The position numbers and the translations under genes were made by a program. Source: an uncultured archaeon (lineage in GTDB: Archaea > Asgardarchaeota > Heimdallarchaeia > Heimdallarchaeales > Heimdallarchaeaceae). From it: a DNA stretch of 17,150 nt. The notes below the pieces were generated by a model that saw only the letters and a program-made list of their open reading frames with translations, had not been told where the DNA came from and did no database searches. Of this stretch, positions 8,185 to 17,000 are shown piece by piece. The stretch is taken from positions 1 to 17,150 of the forward strand of contig CAZHRF010000053.1 in the NCBI GenBank assembly GCA_964534625.1, written 5' to 3'. Position 1 is the stretch's first letter. The number at the start of each line of letters is the position of its first letter.

Positions 8185-8853
8185 CTATTCATCACCATAA
8201 ATATCTTTTCTATATTCTTCTTCTTCAATTATTTGTTGATACTTCAGTCTGAATATAGAAACCAATCTATAATAACCTAAAATGATAAAAAATCTCGCAA
8301 CCAAATTAAGAAAGAAAGTTATGTTTTCAAGAAGTATTTGCCCATCCCCATGGCTTATTATCCATATAAAAATCATTACGATAGTCAAGATACCATACCC
8401 TATTGAAACAAAAGGATTAACAACAAATGCCATCTCACCTTTTTCATGTAAATCATTTGTTATTTTCCGTATGTATAGATAAGCAATAGTTAGATTTAAG
8501 TAATAGATTACATTAAAACCCAAATTGACTATACTCAAAGGCGGTGTGGCTAAACTAGCGCCTATTTTTGGTATTAAAGACAAGTTTATTTGTATGATTT
8601 CTATTCCTGCACTAATAAAAAGTAGAACTGATACTAGTAACGTAGATTTTCTATGGTGATTTTCTTTTTTAAATTCATTTCTTAATCTCAAAAACGCTAT
8701 TCCCAATAGTACAAATAGCATATCAATAATAATTGCTATAACAATAACAAATACTTCACTAATTGTTTGTCCAACAATTAAAGCAAGATTTGCTATCAGT
8801 AATCCAAAAAAGCTGTAGTATAAATGTTTGGCAAGATCTTCATCTGAAATCAT
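8185..8853 (-). CDS. ~6-TM membrane protein, paralogue 2 of a tandem trio
   Basis: Six hydrophobic segments; motifs VSIGYG and ILGYYRL. Confidence 0.85.
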   Translation of the reverse strand: MISDEDLAKHLYYSFFGLLIANLALIVGQTISEVFVIVIAIIIDMLFVLLGIAFLRLRNEFKKENHHRKSTLLVSVLLFISAGIEIIQINLSLIPKIGASLATPPLSIVNLGFNVIYYLNLTIAYLYIRKITNDLHEKGEMAFVVNPFVSIGYGILTIVMIFIWIISHGDGQILLENITFFLNLVARFFIILGYYRLVSIFRLKYQQIIEEEEYRKDIYGDE

Positions 8854-8864
8854 CTTTTTACCTC

Positions 8865-9830
8865 TTACTTTATATAGGGGTTTTCTTCACCACATTCGGG
8901 ACAATATTCTGCATCATGTTCAAGTTCTAAGCCACATGATATACAAAACATTTTTTTCTTTCTTTTTTCGTCTCTTTCTATTTGTTTTTCAACCAATGTT
9001 TTTGGACTATTTTCGTTTATATAATTCAAATTTACTGATTGAAATGATTGAGGACTTGTTGGGTTTTTTGCAGTCCCATTACTTTCCATATTGGGATAAG
9101 ACAATTGGTTAATCATATTCATAAAATCTTCAGGTACTTTATCCAAAACAAGTATCGCTCTTCTTAACCTTAACATGCCAAGGATAATTAGTACTAAAAA
9201 GCCCACTTCCATGAATTCAGTTATAGTATAGAGGACGGTATACTGATCTCTAGGTTGTAAACTTGCATCTAACATTTTTTCTATAGGTATGATAACTGTA
9301 ATGAGACTATGCACAGATTGTAGTCCAAAACCTATTACTAGTAAGAGCCCCATATTAAATAGATTTCTTCTAATCATCTCAAAAAGTTTAAAGACTTTTT
9401 GAATTATAAAAAAACTAAAAGAAATTCCAAAAAAGAACATAACATTAAGAGCATTAATAATCCTAAACATATTTATAGAATGCTCTACACTATCCATTAA
9501 ATCAAGTAAAAAAAATATTGAATTAAATAGATAGCCAGAACTCGATAACAAAAGCAAAATTGCCCCCGATTTCAGAACGTTACTGACGTCTAGATCACCT
9601 AATGCTATTTCCGTTTGCTCATTTTTATGCTCCAATGAAGATTCTGCCTGACTAAAAATATAGAAGCCATAAGCCATCCAAATTAAAAGAGAAGCATAGA
9701 TTAGATCAGAAAACTTTGAGACATAGAAGTATATTTTATCGAACAATTGTAAAATTGAGATAATCATTACAACAAAAGAATAGATAAGTGTGGACTTCAA
9801 TATCGGTGACCTAACTCTCTCTGAAATCAT
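8865..9830 (-). CDS. ~6-TM membrane protein with C-terminal zinc ribbon, paralogue 1 of a tandem trio
   Basis: Motifs LVIGFG and ILGMLRL, a polar linker, then CISCGLELEHDAEYCPECGEEN. Probable start ATG 9830 (MISER), 23-30 nt downstream of TTTAAATA. Confidence 0.85.
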   Translation of the reverse strand: MISERVRSPILKSTLIYSFVVMIISILQLFDKIYFYVSKFSDLIYASLLIWMAYGFYIFSQAESSLEHKNEQTEIALGDLDVSNVLKSGAILLLLSSSGYLFNSIFFLLDLMDSVEHSINMFRIINALNVMFFFGISFSFFIIQKVFKLFEMIRRNLFNMGLLLVIGFGLQSVHSLITVIIPIEKMLDASLQPRDQYTVLYTITEFMEVGFLVLIILGMLRLRRAILVLDKVPEDFMNMINQLSYPNMESNGTAKNPTSPQSFQSVNLNYINENSPKTLVEKQIERDEKRKKKMFCISCGLELEHDAEYCPECGEENPYIK

Positions 9831-9852
9831 CAATTCAGACTTAGATGAAGCA

Positions 9853-9860
9853 TATTTAAA
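9853..9860 (-). promoter_or_regulatory. Archaeal TATA box (TTTAAATA) for the membrane-protein trio; probably leaderless transcript
   Basis: Minus-strand TTTAAATA 23-30 nt upstream of ATG 9830. Confidence 0.5.
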
Positions 9861-9877
9861 CTTGTGGACTGATGGAT

Positions 9878-10606
9878 TTATAGATGACCTTCTAACCACT
9901 CACGTATTATTTCAAATGCTTGCTTATATCCCGCATCCATGGGAATAACGTGACCTCCTCTTTCTATCCATTTAATCTCTTTATCTTTTATAGGTATGAC
10001 TTCATAAATTTCCTTTGAATAGTTAGGGGGGACTTGAGTATCTTTTTCAGCATGTAAAATTAATGTGGGAACCGCTATAAGAGGAAGTCTTACACGCATT
10101 TCTTCCAATAATTTGTCAAGTTCTAAGACGCTTTTAGTGCTAAACTTGTCATACCCATGATCTCTACATCGTTCCATTGCATCCTCGTCTTCCCAATAAG
10201 AGGTCATAGCTTTATTCCATGGCTTAAGATATTTAATGAAAGGAAATAGTTTAACAAGATAAAAAATTTTATCGGGAATTTTAATTGGTCCAGCCATACC
10301 AATTATACCGTCAAGACCAGGATTATTTACCGCCAGATAGTAAGTAATAGCGGCGCCCATTGACAATCCCACTACAAATGTTTTATCTATACTTTTTAAT
10401 TTGTCTAATTCTTGCTGAGCATGGTCTATCCATTCGACCCAAGTATGCTGCTTGTGATCTTCAGGTGTTGTTCCATGACCAGGTAAAAGAATATTGTTTA
10501 CAATATAACCCTCATCATGCAAAAATTGCTCTAAAGGTTCCATCTCATAATCTGAACCCGTAAAACCATGAATAAGCACTATTCCTATCTTTTCCTTATC
10601 ATTCAT
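9878..10606 (-). CDS. Alpha/beta-hydrolase, carboxylesterase/monoacylglycerol lipase (Est/YvaK-like)
   Basis: IHGFTGS, LPGHGT, nucleophile elbow GLSMG, catalytic Asp in AEKDTQV and His in GGHVI. Confidence 0.93.
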   Translation of the reverse strand: MNDKEKIGIVLIHGFTGSDYEMEPLEQFLHDEGYIVNNILLPGHGTTPEDHKQHTWVEWIDHAQQELDKLKSIDKTFVVGLSMGAAITYYLAVNNPGLDGIIGMAGPIKIPDKIFYLVKLFPFIKYLKPWNKAMTSYWEDEDAMERCRDHGYDKFSTKSVLELDKLLEEMRVRLPLIAVPTLILHAEKDTQVPPNYSKEIYEVIPIKDKEIKWIERGGHVIPMDAGYKQAFEIIREWLEGHL

Positions 10607-10702
10607 AAGAAGTCTATAAAGGAAATAAAATATATACTTTCTGGAATCATAATAAGTATGAACACAGGATTTAATATGTGGAAATTTTTCCTGAAAAGGT
10701 AG

Positions 10703-10933
10703 TTATATTGTCTCAACATATGTTAATCTAATGGGCACAAGTTTTCCATTTCGAGTTTCAACTTTTCCTTGTTCTAGTAATGTATCTAAAGCTCTTTGAA
10801 CGCGAAACAAGATATTCAAATTATCAATCCACATATATTTCAAGAGCTCGTTTTGAGACTTGGGTCCTTCTTGACACAAAATGCTTAATATGTGGTCTTC
10901 AATAAATTTTATGTTTAGCTCACTTTCACTCAT
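10703..10933 (-). CDS. Small winged-helix-like protein
   Basis: ILSIL...GPKSQNELLKYM...RVQRALDTLLEQGKVETRNGKL fits a wHTH pattern; has its own TATA box. Confidence 0.7.
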   Translation of the reverse strand: MSESELNIKFIEDHILSILCQEGPKSQNELLKYMWIDNLNILFRVQRALDTLLEQGKVETRNGKLVPIRLTYVETI

Positions 10934-10957
10934 ACAACGAATTATACCAGATTTCAG

Positions 10958-10965
10958 TATTTAAA
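10958..10965 (-). promoter_or_regulatory. Archaeal TATA box (TTTAAATA) for the wHTH gene
   Basis: Minus-strand TTTAAATA 25-32 nt upstream of ATG 10933. Confidence 0.5.
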
Positions 10966-10987
10966 GATGCCAGATACCATATTTAGT

Positions 10988-11557
10988 CTAAAGTTCTTCT
11001 TCATAATAGTCACGTTTATGATAGCATCCCAAAAAGATGTTAAAACGAGGAACGGTCTCTTTGTATTTGCGAAAAGGATACCCATGTAATTCTTCTAAAT
11101 AAATGTCTTTTTCAACAGATGATAATATAAAACATATCAAAGCCATAAGTGCAAATAAATTAGATAATATACTATGATTGATAAGTATAAGTGCAATACA
11201 ATTTAAGATCAATCCAAGAGTTACTGGATGTCTAACATAGGCATAAATTCGTAAATTACGGAATTTTGTCAATTCTTTTATTCCTCTTTGATTAATCCAT
11301 CGTTTTCTTTCCCACAAAAAACCTGCCAAAATAAGAGAAAACGCAATTAATCCAGTATAAAGGCCAAATTGAACCATTAACGGGGGAGCATCATATTCAC
11401 CTATATTATAGAATGCAATGCTTAAAATCATCAATAGAAAAGCTATATTCTGAAAAATTTTATATCTTATGCCTTTATATGTATTAAATATAAGCCAAAT
11501 TATTAGATAGATACCAAGAACGATCAATACCACCCAAAACCAAATCGAATCAATCAC
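10988..11557 (-). CDS. Isoprenylcysteine carboxyl methyltransferase (ICMT/PEMT, Ste14-like) family membrane protein
   Basis: Multi-TM protein with IYAYVRHPVTLG and LEELHGYPFRKYKETVPRF motifs. GTG start. Confidence 0.85.
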   Translation of the reverse strand: MIDSIWFWVVLIVLGIYLIIWLIFNTYKGIRYKIFQNIAFLLMILSIAFYNIGEYDAPPLMVQFGLYTGLIAFSLILAGFLWERKRWINQRGIKELTKFRNLRIYAYVRHPVTLGLILNCIALILINHSILSNLFALMALICFILSSVEKDIYLEELHGYPFRKYKETVPRFNIFLGCYHKRDYYEEEL

Positions 11558-11646
11558 AAATAAGAATCAATACCCTTATTTATTAGATTTATGTATGAGT
11601 TGATTTTTTGCACATTTTTTATAATTTTCTTGTAGTCATAAGTGAT

Positions 11647-11808
11647 TCAGTTACCATTCACACTCAGACAAAACGGACTACCCACGACGTACATTATCCC
11701 CGGACGAAAACGCAGGGAGAATACTTTGCGATTAATATTAGCACCAGCATTACAATCAGCGTGCACAATTACTCCAGTAGAAGAACGAAACATTCCTCGA
11801 TAAAACCT
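11647..11808 (-). pseudogene. tnpB: 3'-terminal fragment of tnpB (IS200/IS605/IS607-associated RNA-guided nuclease), RuvC-III region only
   Basis: RFYRGMFRSSTGVIVHADCNAGANINRKV...GIMYVVGSP matches the TnpB C-terminal consensus R-x2-RGLF-x-S-x2-G-x2-I-N-A-D-x-N-[GA]-A-x-N-I-x-RK. Visibly more GC-rich than its flanks. No upstream TnpB sequence. Confidence 0.85.
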
Positions 11809-11860
11809 AAAATTTTGGTCAATCAAAATCTTTTTTATTTGAATCAAATTTAATTATGAT

Positions 11861-11865
11861 GGTGA
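11861..11865 (+). promoter_or_regulatory. Shine-Dalgarno GGTGA of the peroxiredoxin gene
   Basis: GGTGA 6 nt before ATG 11872; typical archaeal SD. Confidence 0.6.
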
Positions 11866-11871
11866 ACTAAA

Positions 11872-12525
11872 ATGGAAAAAGAACATAATATACCATTAAT
11901 AGGCGATAAATTCCCCGAAATGAAAGTAACGACAACGCGCGGAGAAAAAAACTTACCCGATGACTATAAAGGCAAATGGTTAGTACTTTTTAGCCATCCG
12001 GCAGATTTTACTCCAGTATGTACAACAGAATTTGTGTCTTTTCAGAAGCATTATGATCAATTTAGAGAATTGAACACAGAGCTGTTAGGACTGAGCATAG
12101 ACCAAGTATATGCCCACATTAAGTGGGAAGATTGGATCCGAGACAATATTGAAGTTGAAATTGAGTTTCCTATTATTGCTGATCACGGCGATATAGGCAG
12201 AAGATTGGGTATGATCCACCCTAACAAAAGTGCTAGTACGGTTCGAGCTGTCTTTATTTTAGACCCAGAAAGTATTGTTCGCGCTATTCTATATTATCCT
12301 CCCGAATTAGGCAGAAATATGGATGAAATCGTGAGAATGATAAAAGGTTTCCAAGTTGCAGATAAACACAAAGTGGCGATTCCAGCCAACTGGCCAAACA
12401 ATGAGCTTTTTGGTGATCATGTTATCGTACCTCCAGCTAATAATGTTGAAGATGCAAAGAAAAGATTAGAAAGTGATAAACACGAATGTTTAGATTGGTG
12501 GCTTTGCCATAAAAAAGTCGAGTAA
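11872..12525 (+). CDS. Peroxiredoxin (Prx6 subfamily, archaeal type with C-terminal CxDWWxC)
   Basis: [15 protein letters not shown] peroxidatic motif, [24 protein letters not shown] and CLDWWLC. Confidence 0.97.
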   Translation: MEKEHNIPLIGDKFPEMKVTTTRGEKNLPDDYKGKWLVLFSHPADFTPVCTTEFVSFQKHYDQFRELNTELLGLSIDQVYAHIKWEDWIRDNIEVEIEFPIIADHGDIGRRLGMIHPNKSASTVRAVFILDPESIVRAILYYPPELGRNMDEIVRMIKGFQVADKHKVAIPANWPNNELFGDHVIVPPANNVEDAKKRLESDKHECLDWWLCHKKVE

Positions 12526-12538
12526 GAATTGACAAAGA

Positions 12539-12561
12539 TAGCTATAGTTGAAATATAGCTA
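12539..12561. terminator. Hairpin between convergent genes; possible bidirectional terminator
   Basis: Perfect 8-bp inverted repeat TAGCTATA-(GTTGAAA)-TATAGCTA, followed by T-rich tracts on the + strand. Confidence 0.5.
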
Positions 12562-12563
12562 AT

Positions 12564-14042
12564 TTATTTTCTTTTTTTTATATCCTCTACAGTCTTTTTC
12601 TTTGTATTTTCCTTGTAGGAGATCGTATCTTTATCTATATATCCAATTGCTAAAAAGTTGGGCGAATCGCTCATCTCTATTAGTAAGGAGGTAGATTGTC
12701 CCTCACCCAGATACAGTTTGGGAATGTATCTGCTACTGTCAACTCTTCTTATTTGAGTTATAGGAGGCGATTGATACAATTCTTTTCCTATGGTTATCAT
12801 TAATCTATCATTATAATTACCAAATTTTTCAACCTTTTTCCATATATAGATCGTATCTTGGTAATTCTTTTTGAAAATAAGTATTCCCCTAAATATTGTT
12901 TCTATTAGGAGAACAATAATTAATAGATGCAAGAAATATATGAATACATCGAATGTATATGTTAGAAGTAAAATTACACCAAATAAAATTAAGAAATAAG
13001 AAAATAGTATATAAATGAAAGGCATATAGTCTGGTACCTCTTTTTTTGAAATATTAGGAAATACCGGAAAGTTTTTTTCTTTTTCGTATTGTTTTTTTCT
13101 ATTATGCTGAATGGAAAGGAAAGATCCTTTTTCTTTAAACATCGGACATATAAATGACAAAATGGTATAAAATCGAATATTCAATTGGTATTGATTTAAC
13201 ATAGTTTGTTCGTTTTGTATTTGGCATTTTGATTGAAAAAAACTAAAGTTTGATGTTTTTGCTGTTTTCTTCCAGTTTTTTAAAGGACCATAATTTTCCA
13301 TATATTTAAGTTCATTATTGAGTAAATATGCGGTTGAGCAGACTATTAATGGTATGAAATAAAGGATTAAGTTCATTATTGGTAATGGATTTAGGGAAAC
13401 TAGAACTGATTCTTTACTTTTCTCCGACAAATAGATATGAGAGATAAAGGTATAAATCCCAAAGATAATAAACATTAGAAAACATAAAAAGTATCCGCTT
13501 TTTCTTGATTTGGTATCGAGATGGGCAGATTCTCCTTCTTTTATAATTGATCTCTGAAAGAAAAATTCATACATTCTTTTTGATTCTTTAATTGTCTCTA
13601 TAGTTAAAGCAGTCATAAAAAGAGGAAACAAAAAGTAATAACATAACCACACTGCTGGTGAAACTCTGGAAAGATAAATCATCCCTGACGTACTTAATAA
13701 AGATCCTATAAACAATGCTTTCAGTTTAAAACTCACATATAACCATATAATCAGAATATTATGAAAAGAAACGCGTGGATTGGCGATTGGAATAGAAAGA
13801 GCATCAGTAAGTAATTTTTCACTTATTAATAAATCGCTGTTATAGTTTTTGATAAAATATTCTGCTGACATATGTCCTTTTTTCACATTTGTGAAATCAA
13901 TTACATTTTCTCTTTGTGTATGCGAAACATTATTTTCATAGAAATCTTGATAATATTCTACTTCACCTTTTTTTACAAAAGTTTCCGATAGTACCCTAAC
14001 TCTTTTTCTTTCCTTCTCAGGCTTGAAGTGTTTTTTATTCAT
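12564..14042 (-). CDS. Hypothetical polytopic membrane protein with a C-terminal soluble beta-rich (possibly PH-like) segment
   Basis: 492-aa ORF with about 7-8 hydrophobic segments. Starts 5 nt after the helicase stop. Confidence 0.75.
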   Translation of the reverse strand: MNKKHFKPEKERKRVRVLSETFVKKGEVEYYQDFYENNVSHTQRENVIDFTNVKKGHMSAEYFIKNYNSDLLISEKLLTDALSIPIANPRVSFHNILIIWLYVSFKLKALFIGSLLSTSGMIYLSRVSPAVWLCYYFLFPLFMTALTIETIKESKRMYEFFFQRSIIKEGESAHLDTKSRKSGYFLCFLMFIIFGIYTFISHIYLSEKSKESVLVSLNPLPIMNLILYFIPLIVCSTAYLLNNELKYMENYGPLKNWKKTAKTSNFSFFQSKCQIQNEQTMLNQYQLNIRFYTILSFICPMFKEKGSFLSIQHNRKKQYEKEKNFPVFPNISKKEVPDYMPFIYILFSYFLILFGVILLLTYTFDVFIYFLHLLIIVLLIETIFRGILIFKKNYQDTIYIWKKVEKFGNYNDRLMITIGKELYQSPPITQIRRVDSSRYIPKLYLGEGQSTSLLIEMSDSPNFLAIGYIDKDTISYKENTKKKTVEDIKKRK

Positions 14043-14047
14043 TTATC

Positions 14048-17000
14048 TCACATCCAGATGATTTTTTTGTTGACTTTTACTTTTTTCTTCTGCTCTCTAT
14101 GAACAGATTCAAGATATGCTCTGTCAAGTAAAGTTCCAACAGAAACCAATCTTGACCAAATAACTTGGGCTATTTTTGCTTCATCAGCTTTTAGTCCATA
14201 AAGTCCAATCCAGTAAAATCTAAGGGGATTTTCTATTTTTTCTATTTTTTTGATTGTTAATAGAGGTAATGCATATCCAAATTGGTTTAAATGGAAAAGA
14301 TTCTGAATTGCTTCCACTAGTATTTCATCAGTGGAATGAGATGAAAGTCTAAAATAGTTACCTGAACGCTTTTTTATAGAAATATTTTGAAATTCCTTAG
14401 CTATAAATGATATATTGGTGCTTAATTTTCCTGTTTTCTTTAAATATTCATCAAGTATAGAATACATTTCAAAGACATTTTTAACAATATCTTCTATTTT
14501 TTCATTTTTATGCAGTAAAATATCTTTTCGCTTATATTGATAGAAATTCTCCTCTATAATTTTTCTATCAAAGAGTTGAAAATACTTATCTTTAATCCTA
14601 GTTAATTTTAACATTGGCTTATCGAAAGCTACATCAAAAGATAAGGCTTCTAAATTTTCATAGTCTTGGTCGATTTTCCACAGATCTAAGTATCGATGAC
14701 GTTCATGCGCTTTTTTCTTCATCTCTTCATTGAAGAATCTAATACGATAGCATAATTCAATAATATCTTCTTGCATTGACGGATAAGCGTGTCCTATACC
14801 TTTTTCAATTACACCATCTTCGGATAATCCATAGAAATGCTTGTGTTTTCTTACTATGTTGAAAAAGTCACTTAGTCCATAAGGGATTTCAGGATCAACT
14901 ACTGCCACATCCCAAATATTGCTCAATTTAGTATAATTTTTCTCATCAATCCTATAAGCTCTTCCTTTAGTTTGAATAACAGTTTGATAGGCTGATACTG
15001 AAGTAAGATCAACTAAGGTATTGAGTTTAATAGAATCCCATCCTTCGCCTAGAATCGATCTTGGTCCGATTAGACAACGGATTAATGATTTCTCAAACAG
15101 ATATGTAAAAAAAAGCGTAAAAATACCTGTTTTCCAATCTGAACCTGATCCTTCTATCAAACACAATCCATTTTGCAATTTTTTATCCTTTAATTTGAAA
15201 TCCAATCTTAATTTTTTACTCCAATTCAAAGCTTCCCTTTCAACAAAAGCAGTTATATCTTGATCAGCAATAATTACATCTTGAAGTAATAATACTGCTT
15301 CTAAATCTGCCAGTTGTCTATCATTACATATTTTCTCTATAAGTAAGGTTAAATGTGGTGATGAAGCATTATCAAATACAACTACAGCATGTAAATCGTT
15401 GTTCATCTTTTCTTTTTCAAGTTTAAGTATGTCTAATACAGCTTCAATCCTATTTTTGCTTTCATGCAAAACTTCAAAAACGAATTTCTTTGCAGATAAT
15501 AACTCGTCAAAGCTGGTTATATTTTGATAAAAAAAGTCTAAAGATTTAATAAAAGAATCGTTTTCTGTTACTCCTTCTTTCCTATTTTTAGAGAGATATA
15601 TACTATAATACAAATATAATAATTTGAACTTTTCAATAACTGAAAATGATGATTCATTTTCCTTAGTTTTCTTTTCTTTTTCTTTTTCTTTTTCTTTCTT
15701 TTTGTCATTCTTTGATTCATCAATCACTTTGTGTTTTGCTTCTTCTAATATCGAAAAATGATCTAGTAGAATATTATTGTCTAATGCTAGATCTTGTAAC
15801 CATCTCTTTGGAGTCTTTAATTTTTTTAGTCTTTTTCTTTCAAACAGTTGGTCTAATTTGTTCCAATATGGTTTTAGTTTTTTTAGTTCTTCTTCTGAAG
15901 GAGTTGTAAGATAAATTAAGTCTTGATAGGGAGCTAAATTTCTTTGTTTGACTGCAGCAGGTGTGGGTATTTCAACATTCACTTTCCCAAATAACAATTT
16001 GTAAATATGCGTTTCATATGCTTCCTCTTCCTCATCTAATAAGGGAGGAGTTGCAGTTAGACCAATAACGAAAGGATAATTAAATTCCTCAATTAAGTAA
16101 TTAACAATATGTGCCCATACAGCAGTTAAGTGATGACATTCATCTAGAATTATCACTCCTATACCTTTTTCTTTAATTTTTTCAATTATATCTACTGTGT
16201 TGGGATGCAAGATATCTTTAATAGATAAATCTGTGATGTCTTTGTTGAAAATTGTTTTTTTTCTTATTTTTGATATATATGGCTGAATTTCAGCTTGATA
16301 CTCCCTTGATTCTCTAAAAACTTCTTTGAACTTCTCAATTGAAGTGATAGCCATATCGGGAAATAGAGTTTTACTTTTTTCTTTCCAATGCTCTAAATAG
16401 TCTTTGAACCACATAGCCTCTGCATATTTAAATAACAATTCTTCATCCCTATTATAGACAGAAAAACGGTGATATGTCATCGAAATAATTGGTGCATGTG
16501 AATATGAATTACTTGTTCCAAGCATGGTATTAATGACGGGGGAATCGTCTGGTAAAAAAAGAGAAATTTTATCAATCCATTGCTGTTGAGTTGAATAATT
16601 GGGAGATAAAACAAGAGCGTTTGTTTGGAGTCTTTTGATTAATTCTAAACCAATAATTGTTTTACCAGAACCGGGTGGAGAAACAACATAAAATTTTCTC
16701 TCAAGTTTATCACGAACATCCTCGAATTTTTCAAGAATAAGTTTTTGAGATTGCCAAAAATCTCGTTGAAACGCCATTTGTGTTACTGGATTTTTATCAA
16801 ATTTTCCATCTCGATCTAGATCAAATCGTATATCTCGATAACTGGATATTGGTTGTTCTATATAAGAATCATATGGTAATTCTTTTTTACAATAGGGGCA
16901 GTTTGAATTGATCGTATACCAGTTTTTTAGATGATTTTGATGAAAAACAGTTCGACAATTTTTGCAAATTTTAACGTTTGACTCAATATCAAATGGACTA

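Noticed and set aside
8282-10563. + strand ORFs at 8282, 8828 and 10360
   Set aside because: Antisense to well-supported minus-strand genes.
11608-11853. 81-aa + strand ORF, and the 66-aa minus ORF taken as a genuine small protein
   Set aside because: The region is explained by the tnpB fragment. The + ORF is its antisense, and the first 13 codons of the minus ORF are unrelated intergenic sequence.
15021-15909. + strand ORFs at 15021 and 15712
   Set aside because: Antisense shadows inside the helicase.
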